DNA from: an uncultured bacterium
GTDB taxonomy: Bacteria; Omnitrophota; Omnitrophia; Omnitrophales; Abzuiibacteriaceae
DNA: 64,000 nt
Assembly (NCBI GenBank): GCA_964387845.1
Contig: CAYLXA010000005.1
Span: 140,955 to 204,954, forward strand
Direction of reading: 5' to 3'
Shown: positions 40,169-56,300 of the stretch, one piece after another
Numbering within the stretch: position 1 is the first letter of the stretch
Layout: each line of letters opens with the position of its first letter
The notes under the pieces: generated by a model
What the model saw: the letters and a program-made list of their open reading frames with translations, nothing else
Databases searched by the model: none
What the model was told of the DNA's origin: nothing
Translations under genes and position numbers: made by a program

Positions 40169-41296
40169 ATGAAAGCAATTCTTGCATTAGAAGACGGTCT
40201 GACGTTCGAAGGTGAAAGTTTTGGCGCGCGCGGCGAAACATTCGGCGAAGTGGTGTTTAATACCTCGCTTTCAGGATATCAAGAAATCCTGACGGATCCT
40301 TCCTATGCAGGGCAGCTCGTGACCATGACTTATCCGCACATCGGTAATTACGGTATCAATAAAGCCGACGTCGAGTCTGCAAAACCTCACGCTGATGGCT
40401 TCATCGTCAAGGAAGTCAGCCCGCTTGTCAGCAATTGGCGATCTGAAATGACGCTGGATGAATATTTAAAAGATTCAAAGATTGTCGGGATCCAGGGAAT
40501 TGACACGCGAAAACTCGTCAAACATTTACGCGATAATGGCGCGAAAAAAGGGATTATTTCAACGGAAGATTTGGACGTGAAGCGGCTTGTGAAGCGCGCC
40601 AAAGATTCCGAAAGTATTGTCGGTGTGGATTTGGTGAAGAAAGTGACTTGCGCGAAGAAATATCAATTTACAGAGAGAATCCCCGAGGAATTTGAATGGC
40701 CGCAATTTGAAAAGCGAAAAATCAAAAAGCAATACTCGCTTGTTTGCGTGGATAGCGGTATTAAACACAACATTTTACGCAAACTCAATCAGCATGGTTT
40801 TAAATTAACGGTGGTGCCGGCGTCGACACCTTCGTCAGAAATTCTGGCGCTCAAGCCGGACGGCATCTTTCTCTCAAACGGGCCCGGCGATCCGGAGCCG
40901 GTGACGTATTTGGTGGAAACCGTTCGGAATCTCATCGGCAAAAAACCAATTTTCGGGATTTGTCTCGGGCATCAAATCTTGGGGCTCGCACTCGGCGGAA
41001 AAACATACAAACTCAAATTCGGCCACCGGGGCGGAAATCATCCGGTGATGGATTTGAAAACCAACAAAGTTGAAATTACCTCACAGAATCACGGATTTTG
41101 CGTGGATTTGGAATCGCTTCCCAGAGACACAGTAGCAACCCATACCAATCTGAATGACAAAACCAACGAAGGCTTCCGGCACAAAAAATATCCGGTGTTT
41201 TCGGTGCAATATCACCCGGAAAATTCACCCGGGCCGCACGACAGCGATTATTTGTTCCGAAGGTTTTACGAACTTGTTGAAAAAGGAAAGTGGTAA
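40169..41296 (+). CDS. carA: carbamoyl-phosphate synthase small (glutaminase) subunit
   Basis: [11 protein letters not shown]-term; GICLGHQ catalytic Cys, HRG, NHG motifs; GGAG RBS 8 nt upstream of ATG 40169. Confidence 0.9.
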   Translation: MKAILALEDGLTFEGESFGARGETFGEVVFNTSLSGYQEILTDPSYAGQLVTMTYPHIGNYGINKADVESAKPHADGFIVKEVSPLVSNWRSEMTLDEYLKDSKIVGIQGIDTRKLVKHLRDNGAKKGIISTEDLDVKRLVKRAKDSESIVGVDLVKKVTCAKKYQFTERIPEEFEWPQFEKRKIKKQYSLVCVDSGIKHNILRKLNQHGFKLTVVPASTPSSEILALKPDGIFLSNGPGDPEPVTYLVETVRNLIGKKPIFGICLGHQILGLALGGKTYKLKFGHRGGNHPVMDLKTNKVEITSQNHGFCVDLESLPRDTVATHTNLNDKTNEGFRHKKYPVFSVQYHPENSPGPHDSDYLFRRFYELVEKGKW

Positions 41297-41300
41297 ATTT

Positions 41301-41380
41301 GGTATCTAGTATCTGGTATCTAGTATCTCGCTAAAGAATTTTCGCTTGCCAGATATTAGATACGAGATACCAGATACGCG
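41301..41380. repeat. GGTATCT-unit-class hairpin element between carA and carB
   Basis: ggtatctagtatctggtatctagtatctcg-ctaaagaattttcgcttgcc-agatattagatacgagataccagatacgcg. Confidence 0.7.
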
Positions 41381-41393
41381 AAAGATTAGAAGT

Positions 41394-44703
<3,310 letters not shown>

Positions 44704-44711
<8 letters not shown>

Positions 44712-45459
44712 CGAAATTGTAGAAATTGCCTCTAACCAGAAGATCAATTCCGAATACTGGAAATTGACTTTTGCGTCAAAAAATCTTTCCAAGCAAGTTT
44801 TGCCGGGCCAATTCATGAACGTCCAGATCGAAGATCAGTCGGATCCATTTCTACGCCGTCCGTTCAGTTATTACCGGGTCTCGGGACAAAAAATCGAGAT
44901 TTTGTACGAAATTTTGGGGCGCTGTACGGAAATCCTCACAAAAAAGAAAAAAGGCGAAACATTGAAAATCCTTGGACCGCTCGGGAAGCCGTTTTCACAG
45001 AAAATCAAAGGGAAGAAGCGCGTGCTCGTGGCAGGCGGAATCGGTGTGCCGCCGCTTGTGTATCTCGCAGAAGAAGAAAAAACAGATTTTCTGCTCGTCG
45101 GCTGCCACACAAAAGCCGAAGCGCTCCCGAAGTCGGAACTCCGAAAAGTGAAAGCAAAAGTCATGTACGCAACCGAAGACGGCTCACTCGGCGTGAAAGG
45201 TTTTGTAACGGTGGCGCTCGAGAAATTAGTCAAAGAAGAGGATCCAAAAAATTTATTCATTCAAACCTGCGGCCCGTTTCCGATGATGAGCGCCGTGATG
45301 AAGATCGCGCGCGCTTACGGAGTTGAGGGCGAGGCCTCAATGGAAGAAATGATGGCGTGCGGCGTCGGCGCGTGTTTGGGCTGTATGACGCTTACGACGG
45401 ATGGTTACAAAACTTCGTGTGTGGATGGGCCGGTTTTTAGTTTTAACCAGTTAAAGTAA
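44704..45459 (+). CDS. pyrK: dihydroorotate dehydrogenase electron-transfer subunit
   Basis: FAD/NAD-binding domain and C-terminal CGVGACLGC [2Fe-2S] motif. Confidence 0.85.
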
Positions 45460-45461
45460 TC

Positions 45462-45520
45462 TGCTACAAGCTGCAAGCCGCAGGCTTCATGCCTGGAGCT
45501 TGAAGCCTGTAGCCTGAAGC
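45462..45520. repeat. AAGCYT-class hairpin element between pyrK and pyrD
   Basis: ctgctacaagctgcaagccgcaggcttcatgcctggagcttgaagcctgtagcctgaagc. Confidence 0.65.
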
Positions 45521-45527
45521 AAAGAAT

Positions 45528-46448
45528 ATGAAAAACAAAATTGACCTAACAACTACAATCGCCGGGCTGACGTTCAAGAATCCCGTCACCGTTGCGTCCG
45601 GCACTTTCGGAACGAAAGACGAGTTTGCGAAATTTTTTTCCTACGCTGAACTCGGTGCTGTAATCACCAAAACAGTGACGCGCAAACCGCGTGCCGGAAA
45701 TCCGATGCCCAGGATTTGCGAAACACCAAGCGGGATGCTGAATTCCATTGGGCTTCAGAACAAAGGGATCGACGAATTTATTGACGACACGATCCCGCAT
45801 TTCCGGAGAATCAAAACACATTTGATCGTTAATATCGCGGGCGAGAATATCGATGACTTTGCGCATCTTGCCAAGCGGCTCGATGCCGAAAAAGGAGTTT
45901 CGGCTTTGGAGCTTAATTTATCATGCCCAAATGTGGCGCATGGCACCGAATTCTGTGATGAGCCTGAGATGGCATACGACCTCATTAAAGCCGTCAAAGA
46001 GTCAACCAAACTGCCGATTTTTGCCAAAATATCGCCTGAGGCGCGTGATTTTGTGAAATTGGCCGAGCAACTCGTGAAAGCCGGCACGGACGGGATCAGC
46101 GCGATCAATACGATCCGCGGCATGGCGGTTGATATCAGGACAGCGAAGCCGAAGCTAGCGCGTGTTATGGGCGGCTTGAGCGGCCCTGCCATCAAACCTA
46201 TTGCGCTCCGGTACTGTCATGAAATAAAATCACGCTTTAAAATTCCCGTGATTGCGATGGGCGGAATTTGTAACGCCAAAGATGCGCTCGAATTTATCAT
46301 CACCGGTGCTGACTTGGTTGCGATCGGCTCTGCGAACTTCGTCAATCCAACGGCGAGTGTGAATGTTGTAAAAGGGCTTGAAGCTTATTTAAAAGAAAAC
46401 AAATTGAAATCAATCGATGAAATACGCGGAACGCTGAAACTATCATGA
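45528..46448 (+). CDS. pyrD: dihydroorotate dehydrogenase (class 1B catalytic subunit)
   Basis: LTFKNPVTVASGTFG...NSIGLQNKG...IAMGGI TIM barrel. Confidence 0.9.
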   Translation: MKNKIDLTTTIAGLTFKNPVTVASGTFGTKDEFAKFFSYAELGAVITKTVTRKPRAGNPMPRICETPSGMLNSIGLQNKGIDEFIDDTIPHFRRIKTHLIVNIAGENIDDFAHLAKRLDAEKGVSALELNLSCPNVAHGTEFCDEPEMAYDLIKAVKESTKLPIFAKISPEARDFVKLAEQLVKAGTDGISAINTIRGMAVDIRTAKPKLARVMGGLSGPAIKPIALRYCHEIKSRFKIPVIAMGGICNAKDALEFIITGADLVAIGSANFVNPTASVNVVKGLEAYLKENKLKSIDEIRGTLKLS

Positions 46449-47185
46449 AAAAAGAAAATCCGGCTGAAAAAATTATTGTCGCGCTTGATACGCAAGATTT
46501 AAACAAAGCAAAAAAGATCGTCAAGAAGCTCCACAAGATCATTCCGCATTTCAAAATCGGAAGCGAGCTTTTCACGGCGCATGGACCCGAAGCCGTCAAA
46601 GCTTTGCGGTGGGTGGGTGGCCATATTTTTCTCGATCTCAAATTTCACGATATCCCCAACACGGTGGCGGGCGCCGTTCGTTCGGCAACCGCGCTGAATG
46701 TCTTCATGATGACGATTCATACGATCGGTGGATCTGAAATGATGCAAGCCGCGCGCAAAGCTGCTGAAGAAGTCGCGCGCAGCAAGAAGCTGAAGCGCAG
46801 GCCGAAACTTTTGGGCGTTACTGTTTTAACCAGCATTAATCAGGAAGTTTTGAAAAAGGAAATCGGGATTGATGATTCGGTTGATAAAACGGTTTTACGC
46901 TACGCGGAAATGGCCGAACATGCCGGCATGGATGGCGTGGTTTGTTCCGGCAGGGAACTTGCTAAAATTCGTTCAAAATTAGATCAAGATATGCTTGTGG
47001 TGGTTCCCGGAATCCGTCCCGCATGGTCGGTACCGGGCGATCAAGAACGCATCATGACTCCGCAAAAAGCGCTCGCCCTGGGCGCTGATTATTTGGTGAT
47101 CGGGCGGCCCATTACGGCAGCTCGCGATCAAAAGGAGGCGGCTGAGCGGGTGATTGACGAAATCAAGGCGGCTATCTCTTCCTAA
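46445..47185 (+). CDS. pyrF: orotidine-5'-phosphate decarboxylase
   Basis: KIIVALDTQDL...IFLDLKFHDIPNTV catalytic DxK..D motif. Confidence 0.9.
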   Translation: MKKENPAEKIIVALDTQDLNKAKKIVKKLHKIIPHFKIGSELFTAHGPEAVKALRWVGGHIFLDLKFHDIPNTVAGAVRSATALNVFMMTIHTIGGSEMMQAARKAAEEVARSKKLKRRPKLLGVTVLTSINQEVLKKEIGIDDSVDKTVLRYAEMAEHAGMDGVVCSGRELAKIRSKLDQDMLVVVPGIRPAWSVPGDQERIMTPQKALALGADYLVIGRPITAARDQKEAAERVIDEIKAAISS

Positions 47186-47348
47186 GTGGTTGTTACTTCT
47201 CGCCTTAGTAACTAGAACTTTTTAGTTCTATTTACTACTTATTATACTAGTTTTAAATCCGTTTATCTTGTAATCTGATTATTTTTAGGATATACTTTTA
47301 GCTCGGGAATACCCGAAAAATTTCCGGCGAAAGGATTTCCTTTAAATA

Positions 47349-50300
47349 GTGAGGCCCTACTCTTTTTTTCTGCGCGCCATCTCCGCGCTCCTGATTTTTA
47401 CTTTCTCTTTCACTGAAACCATCGCACGCGCTGACGCAGCTCAGACATCGTCGCAGTTAGCGGCGATGCTAGAGCAGTCATCAAACCGGATGGGTTTGAT
47501 GGCCGAAACTATTTCTAGTTTTACGCGCAATAGTTATCTCGCCATCGAAAAATTCGCCAACTCCGTCGATGTCCGTTCCGAACTGCGTTCTCGAGGACTT
47601 GAATTATCTGGCGGTCATAAACCCATACCCCAAAGTGATACTAAAGAGGTAAATAATAATGACAAATCAGAGGCAGGGCATGAGCAGTCAGAAAAAGAAA
47701 TTCAGAGTTACGCTAAAAAATTAAAGGAATCAAAAGGTGATTTAAAGATTATTCGAGAGGCGATTGTTAATTTTCACCGCTTGGGCTATAGCGAAGTGAA
47801 AGTCGCAGAAATGATTAACCAAGTCAATCAAAATCAACCTTATGCACAAATTCAATATTGGTCGGATGAAGTCACCCAATCTACGTTAATCAAACGCTTT
47901 TCACAGCATCGAAAATTAATTAAATCTCTCCTTTGGCTTTTACTCCCGGTTGTTTGTTATTTTTTACCTTATCCAGGCGCGACTGCTTTACTTCTCTTGA
48001 TTTATCACGACGCAATGCACCGGTATCAAGCCGGCTTTTACTTTCTGACTTATTTTCTGGGTGATTTTTGGAATAATCGAATGGAAGATATTCAAAATTT
48101 TCTGGTCAAGAAGTATCACGAGCCCGATTTTAATTTTGAGGGTGATTTGTGGCTAAATCCGGTAGACCGGGCGCATGACCAATTATTCGAAGCCAAAAGG
48201 CAATTTTGGAAAAGCGTCCTTGAAAGCATGAGCGGAGTTTATATGGTCAGCTCGATCCTGGTTTTCCCATGGCTATTTTCAGCCCTGAGAATGCTGATAT
48301 CAGCCCCCATGGTTCTTGTTCAAACAGGCGTTTTTTCGTTCTTGGGCGCAATATCGATTGGTTTCTTCGGGCTAGTTCCTTTACGCGGGCCCCACTTTCA
48401 AGTTACGGCGGCAGATTTGGGCTTGGAGCATGCCGTCGATGTTGAAAGAACGTCCGTGACAGGTCTCCGGTGGCCTCAATTTTCAAACAAGCAGAATGCA
48501 ATGATTGAAGCTGCCCGTTTTTACTGGAATAGAAATCCGATGGTCCTGTATGTTGAGAAGAACCGCGAATCGAAGTTTGAATGGAATAGGCAAATCCGCC
48601 GCGACACTGCAAGCCGTCTTTTAGCCCGCCATTTTTTAACGGTCGTTTTGTTTGTTACGACTGCCTTAAGCACCATTTTATTGATTGCTATCAGCATTAT
48701 TCTTGGCTCAGGCGTTATAGGCGCGGTTGAGTTTGTTATTCAAAAATTCGGCCAGAGTTTTATAACGAATGTGTTGCTGATCGTGGGTTCTTGCTGCTTT
48801 TTTCCGCTTGTGGCCGTTATCATCATCAGCGCGATAGTTGTCGGAAGCGAACAAAGCATTGCTGGAGCATGGCAAAAAGCCCGGGCAGATATTAAAAGCT
48901 TGAAGAAAAACGTTTTCCTTAATCCGAATCAGTCTGATGAAAAATTTTGGAAAAATTTAATTAAGCAACTAAAGCGGATCAGTAAAGAAGAGGCGCCCTT
49001 TAGCGATATTAGTTTCCCTGAGTCGATTGAGCGGTTGATCCGTGATTTGTCATCTCTCAAAGAGGATCATTCGGAATTAATTCCGCTGCATGAGGCTCTC
49101 GCTACAGGCAAGGAGGGCACCGAATATCAAATCAAAGGGCAGGCGGCTCTGACTTCTGATCGACATTCGGATGATCCTTCAACGAAAGTCAGGGCAGAAC
49201 TCAGGACGACGAATGAACGGCTGATTTGGAAGGCAATTGCTCAATTTGGAATTCCGGAGTTTTATCAAGAGCAAGCCTATTTGTTTCTAAGCGGCTTGCT
49301 GGAAATTAATCAGAGTCAGTGGGGAACACCTTTCGAAGACGCAATCAGTAGACTTTCTCAAGTACAAGTTGAACAAATTAAATCTTCCATTTCTTTCGAA
49401 CCCATTGTCATGTCCACTACTTCTTTGGTTAGACGCACGGTTCGTTTTTCGGTTTATATGGCCGGTGTTATCGTTTTGGCGTATGCCGCCGGGGCTGCTT
49501 TGGCACGAGACATCAATTTGTTTAAACTTTTCAGCCAGATCGGAAAACAAAAACTTCCGGGGCCGGAGCAGATCGACATAGGGTTCGCGGCCATATTTTT
49601 ATTCACAATGTTTATCGGATTACCGTTTGTGATTACGCGTTTTCAAAGGTGGCTTGACGCCAAAATAAAACCTTATCCCATTTCTTACGATCTCAGGCGC
49701 ACAATCTTAAATGAATTGTTCGTCAAGCAAGGCCTCATGTCAACGGATGATGCGGAAGAATTGACCCGAAGAAAATATCGATCGGAATTGCGGACGGAGT
49801 GGGCAGATCAAATTAAGAGTTTGCTTTTAAAAGATTTTCCGTTCTTGGAACTCGATTTTTCTGAAAATGGTTACCTGTTTCGCGCTATCAGAAGTGGTTT
49901 GCGTGATGGATTGTCAAGAGGATCGTTCTCTTACCTAAATGACGGAGGCGTTGCGGCCGGTTGGCAAGAAAAGCATCTTGTCTATTTTGTTTCCGAAGAT
50001 CCAAATGATGCCCTTGATGTTGCTGAATTTCAAAACGGATTTCCGGATAACGCAGTCGTTATTTTCCCGAGCAAATTATTTCACGATGAAATGAATGCAG
50101 GCCGTGCTGCCATCATGACCACCCATGGGCTTTCCGGGACGTTGACGGGTATCAAATGGCCTCTCATGACGAACCCGGTTACGATTCAAGATTCTGCTTT
50201 TATTATTGTTACTCCTGAAACCAAACAATATTTGGACAATCTGCTGGTCAATGGTCAGGCAAGCGGCGAAGAAGAAAAATTAAGACTCCGGCTTTTGGAA

Positions 50301-53300
50301 TATCAGAAGCAGGGGATTTATCAAAAAATTGTTGCCTTGAATTTTGAACCAAAAGGCATGGCAGCGGATGCGATTCAAGAGAAGTTTAAGGCATTTTTAT
50401 TGAGCAAAAGCATTCAGCCGGCGCAAGCGATTGATTCTGAAATATATCCAAACTTGGCCGAAATTCAAAGTGATGGCGTAAACAAAAGGCGCTCCGAGCT
50501 GCGGTCCAGGGAATTTGTTAAATTTAGCGAGCTTGGATCTGCAATCGCTGACTATATTGATCTTTTTCGCAAGAGAAACGGAAGGTTTAGTCCATCGGTT
50601 TTAAGAGCGGTTGCTGATCTTGATTTCGGAACCGAGCGGCAATTTGTTAATGTAGCGTCTGTGCCGTTGAGAAACGGTTTCGTACCCGATCCTCAAGCTT
50701 TTGGCAGGGCCGTTGTTGAGGGGATCGTAAGAGAACTTCCGTTTGAAGTACGGCCCATCGAAAAGTTCAGTTTTGCGTATAAAAAGCATGCGTTCAGAAT
50801 TCGCATGGAAACGGGGAATCAGCAGACGCAGAATAAAGAAGCACATTCGGAGTTGAGGGCAAGGAAAGTTAGAAATGATACGAGCGAGACCAAGTTACAC
50901 CCTAGAGCCGATCGTTTCCATTCATTACGTTCTCTCAAGCGATTTTTCTTAGGCCTACTGATAATTGGCTTAGCTGCGAGCATGTTTATTTGGACACACG
51001 ATCATGACCGATTATCTCTGGATCCCTCATTCATAAAGGTGGCCGTTCATTCTGGCATTCTGGCAATTGTTTCAACTTATATTTTTTGGTGGATGAAGCG
51101 GTATTTGACGACCGGTTTTTTGTTAAGAGAAAAAATCTACAAATTATCAAGGTCATCACCCACATACGAATTCGAATTTGGGAATGTCCGCAATAAGCTT
51201 CTCATTTTAGAAACGCCCGACGGAGGCAAGCATCAACTCTATCTTGATGCGAACCGAAATATTCGCATCATGTCTTTTCGTGAGTCCGGTCAGGGGCTCG
51301 TTAAATTTCTTCTGCCGTACGCGCTAAGCATCAGGCCTGACAAACAACTTTTGATCTATAAAAATAATATCGCATTGCAGGTAATCGGCCCGCAGAAAAT
51401 AAGAATTAAACTGCTCAGCAGATCATCAACGGTTCCGATTATTCGCGAAAGCCGCTTAAACAAAATACAGAGAATTATGATCATGCATCCGATTATCATC
51501 GGAGTGGCTCTCGGTTATGTGATGATGTTGCATAGATTCATGTATTTATTTGCTCATGCGTTTGCTTCGCAAATAATCGGCGGTCACGTCAATTGCATCC
51601 AGTGTATCGAGGAGTTTGAATTTGTTGTAAACACATGGACCGACTATCTCCTGTATGGGATTCCGATTGGCTATCCAGTTGCCAGCGTAATACTAAAGCT
51701 TATTTTTTTCGGTTATAAGAAATATATGCGAGCAAGCAGGGCATTCATTGCCCCCACGCAAGAATTGCCGGACAAACCGGTGCTGTTTGACGAAACATTC
51801 GCAAAAAATTCGGGGCAGCAGTTTGTGTTGAGCGTTCGTCCATTTAAAGAAAGGCAGGTTGGACGTGTGATCCGAAAATTAAAAACCATACGCGAATCCG
51901 GTTTGCAAGTAAGCGATCAGACGATTCAAAATTTATACCGGCTTGTCCGGACAGTCCAGTCCGACCCGTTTGAGGGGCCGGACATTGAATTTGAATTAAT
52001 GCATTGGCTAGAAACCAGCGCAGACTTAAAAGCAATTGCAGCCATCGTCACCGGCTGGTTTCAAATTCGCGGTGACCATACGACCAAGATCAATAGAATT
52101 TTAGAACAGCGATTTAAGTTGAACAAAAAACAAATTGAAAAGCTGAAATATTTGTCTGAATCCTACAGTATCCCGCTAGAGGAAACCGCTATTGATCCGC
52201 CAAGTTCCATGGAACCTATTCCGTACACAGATCAATTAAAAGACCGAACCATTTACCAAATATTCGGGCAAGAGTTTATGGATGAGGCCCTTGAGCGGAT
52301 TGACTCTATCGATGCCAATAAGTTAAAAGATTGGGTGCAAACAGTTTTTAATAAAAACTTCTCGTCAGATTCCAAAGTGCCCATACGCTCTATTTTTCTG
52401 TATGGAAGTTATATTTACGGATCCATCGACGAACCGCGGGATCTTGATTTGATTGCCGTTGTGGAAGGCGATTCGCTTGAGAAGCCCATTCCGGATGAGC
52501 GGACAATACCTAAGAATGTTTTTCGGTCGATGCGCGGGCGTTCGGTCAATTCTGCAAATATTTATTTTTTGACACGTAAACAATTGCAAACAAGCAAGCG
52601 CGCGATTCACGCAGCCAGCGTGGGTATTTTGCTTAAGGCAAAAAATTTATATGACGAACCCCTGAATAGTATTAGAAATTCTGATCAGAAGCAGCTGTTT
52701 TATGCCGCCAGCGAATTAAGTGATGCGTTTGATTTCATCAAGAAAGCTGGCAAAGTAAACAAAATGATCGATTCTGCGAGAATTTTCAACTGGAAAGGAT
52801 TCAGGCGATTGATGGAAGTCGTTCTTTATATTAATGCAATTGACCTGTCTTTATCAATTCCCATTTCTGAAATCGTGACGATGAACAACCGCATGGAAGA
52901 TTACATCGTAAATAAGACAAAAGGCCGCAAAATAACCGAAGGGTTAAAGCGCCTTTACAGGATGGTCCGCACAGCGGTTTTATTAACCCGCGTTTCGCTC
53001 GTTTGGCGGCAAATGGAGGAATGGGGCGGCGGTGAGCATGCGAAGCAAGCGCAGCGTTCGGAATTGCGCAGAAAAATTGAGACAGGAACAGACAAACTTC
53101 TGGCAGAAGTGGACCGCGGCGTGGCGACCGTGATTTTCAATGATCTGCCGAATCGCAATGCCATGAACGGGGAAATGTTCGAAGCGGTCCCGCGTGTTTT
53201 GTTTAAATTAGACAACGATCCCGATGTGAAGCTTTTGGTTTTACGCGGCGCAGAAGACCCCAAAACCCATGAACATCATTTGGCCGGCGGCAACATTGAA

Positions 53301-56300
53301 GAACGTTACCAAATTATGGACCGGGGCGATCACAAGGAATTAGAAAAGCAAATTCTTGAGAAATACGAAATGCTTGCCGCGATTCACTATTTTTCGAAAC
53401 CAAAAATTGCATTGATCGACGGATTTGCAGTAGGCGGCGGGCTTGCAGCTGCGTTCGGCAGTCATTATGTTTTGGCGACGGAGAAGGCAAAATTCGGAAC
53501 ACCCGAAACCAAAACCGTGGGTTCCTATATGGATGGCGCCAACGCGGCATTCATGGCAGACCGGTTTGGATTAGATTATGTAGCGAATGAATTATTTATC
53601 ACAGGTCGGCATGAGGAAGCCAGTGCCCTCATTGATCAATTCGATCATCAGGTTCCGCAGTTAGGCGACATGTATGCGGCTTATTATGGTTATACCGGTT
53701 CGCCCATTCCTTTGGACGAAGCAATATATTACGGGCTCGTCCATTCAACCATACAAGATGCTAAAGCTACAGAAGAAACGCTCAAAGAGTTGGTGAGCTC
53801 TCAACCAAATCTTTCTCCCGGCGAACTCTTAAACAAAGTTAATGACACATTTCCGCGTTCTCAATTGACGGAAACAGAACGCCAAGCCGTCAAAAAGCGC
53901 CGTGATTTGATGGCGAAATACTTTCAAGTGGAAGAAGCGCGTTTCAGTGGCGTGATTAATTTTATGATCGACCGGCTTTCGAACGAAACCTTGAGGAGCA
54001 AAATGGATCCGGACGAGCTTCAGTTCGTGATCGATACACTTACCAAAATCTCAAAAAATTCGCCATTTGGTGTTCTTGCGACCTCGCATATGATTCGCGA
54101 TCACGCGTTTCTCCATGGCCATTTCATACCGGTCAGTCTCAGCCAAATTTACGAACAAGCGTTTGCCCGTACTTTAGAAAGAATGAAAACGTCCGAATTG
54201 GTGAATGGAAAGTTTCCGTTCGTGCGAATGGGTATGTTGTTGCGATCCACGCACGACTCGGTCTTGCTGCGAGGCGTTTTTATTCGCGAAATCGACACCA
54301 CGCTCAAAGTATTCGGAATTGATGAGGAATTTAGAAATTCGCTTGCCCGGGCTGATGTGTTAGAAGGGCTCCGTTCGTTTTTGGAACGCCGAAAACCTGA
54401 CTGGCCTTCAAAGCAGCATGATGGTGATTTATCAAAATTATGGGGCCGGATCGAAGAAACTTTGAAAAAAGTCGAGGGCCATCGTTCCGAACTTAGGCGT
54501 GAAGCAATTATTGATGACGCTCTTGGCGGCGCTTTTGGCGGTAGAGAAGGTATTGGTAAACTAATCCAGCGATGGCAAATAGAGAAAGCGTTATTAGTAT
54601 TTCCATTTTATTTGGCCTCCTTGGCCCGCTCTTGGTTAGGAAATAAAGCAATTGCAGTTACAATGAGCAGCCCCATCGTCGCAACCAAGCCTATTTTCCA
54701 GGTGAACGAAAAATCACTAAATAACCGAGTTGCCAATCCTGCTGTTCCGATATATTGGGCAAACGTCATGCTGGATCTTGCCATGAATTCTGTTTTTTCC
54801 AGGCTTGCTTTCTTCATTACAGTAACATACTCCTCTCCTCATGTAAATCTTGGCTTTTTGAGCCGGCAGCACCCTATCATAAATATTATATTAAGTCAAT
54901 ATTTATTTTATTTATATAAAATATTTGAAAGGAGCCAGCAGGACCAAAAAAAGGCCGAATACGAAGCCGCCGGACAAGTCAACCGTTCCGGACTGCGTGT
55001 GCCCGATTGGCTGCTTTATTTTGGTTTTGGGATTTTGGCCGTACTGGTTGTGGGAATCGCTTCTTTATTTTATTACACCATCCGGCATCCGGATGGTGAC
55101 TCAAACGAATCCAGCTCCCCGGAAACATCGGGCTCTGCCCAGGATCAAAATGATCATTTGGGCCCACCGAGGTCTGAGTTAAGAAAGTTTGATGAATCAA
55201 ACAATGCGCCAAGGTCGCGCATCCGGTGGATTTTGAATTCGATTTGGAATGCGCAAGGCGGAAATTTAGACCGTGAAGTATGGCAGCCCAGCCTGGCGCA
55301 TGCCCGCCGTTTGATCAAACGTTTCCGCCGCGTTCCCGGCATGGGCGAGATCATTTTAGAACTGGGCAAAAATTTCAGGAACCACAAAGCTTTTGATGCA
55401 GTCCTCGCCGAATTATTTGCGGCCGAGTATTTGGAGAAACACGTGCCGGGTTCTAAAGTGATTGGCTTAAGGATGAAAGCCCGGCATGGTGAAATCGATA
55501 TTGTGCTGCGCATCGGCCCAGTTACTTCCCAAGGAAAGCCAAAGGCCGGCGCCGTCAAGCTTGCGCCGGGCATTTACCTGGCCGAAGTCAAATACGGCTA
55601 TGGCAATGATCCTCAATTGGTCCAGTGGAAACAGGCGAAACTGAAAACTCAGTTGAAAAGTTATTCGAGCGTCGCTTCGATCCTTACGCAGGCAGGCCTT
55701 GACGTTCAGGGCCTAATCCTGGTGAGCGCGGAAAGCCCGGCTTATGTTGCGAGCAATCTCCGCCGCCGTGCGTATTGGCGCGCTTCCAATGTTTCAAAGG
55801 GTTTCAGTCTTAAAAATCTTTTGATCGCCTTTGACCCTTTGAGTTATCCGGACAAGCGGCAAATTGTTCCTCCTCAAAATATTGACGTCAGGCGCTGGGC
55901 ATCGGTCACTTCAACACCTGCTGCTGTTTTTAAAAAGCCGATTCCCGAATCCGCAAATCTTGCTTTGAGCCGGCCGTTGAGGCCAAGAAAAAAGACAGCG
56001 CCTGATGCCGGCGATCCAAACCGCTCGGCGCGATTACCCAGAAATTTTCTGGAAACCGTTGCGCAATTAAAAGAAGCTTTGAACGATCATGGATTGAAAA
56101 AAGAGGCAATCGAAGCCGTGTTGTCTTCACTTGCCAGCCAGGCACATGGTTTTAAAATCGAAGGCTTAGCGCTGAAAGAAAATGACGGCCTTCATTATGT
56201 ACGCGGCCTCAGAGAGGAAATTCGAAGCGGTAATCCGTTCTGGATGGTCCGGCTTCACCGTGCAAACAGAGAAAAATTTGAATCCACACTTATCGCGCGC

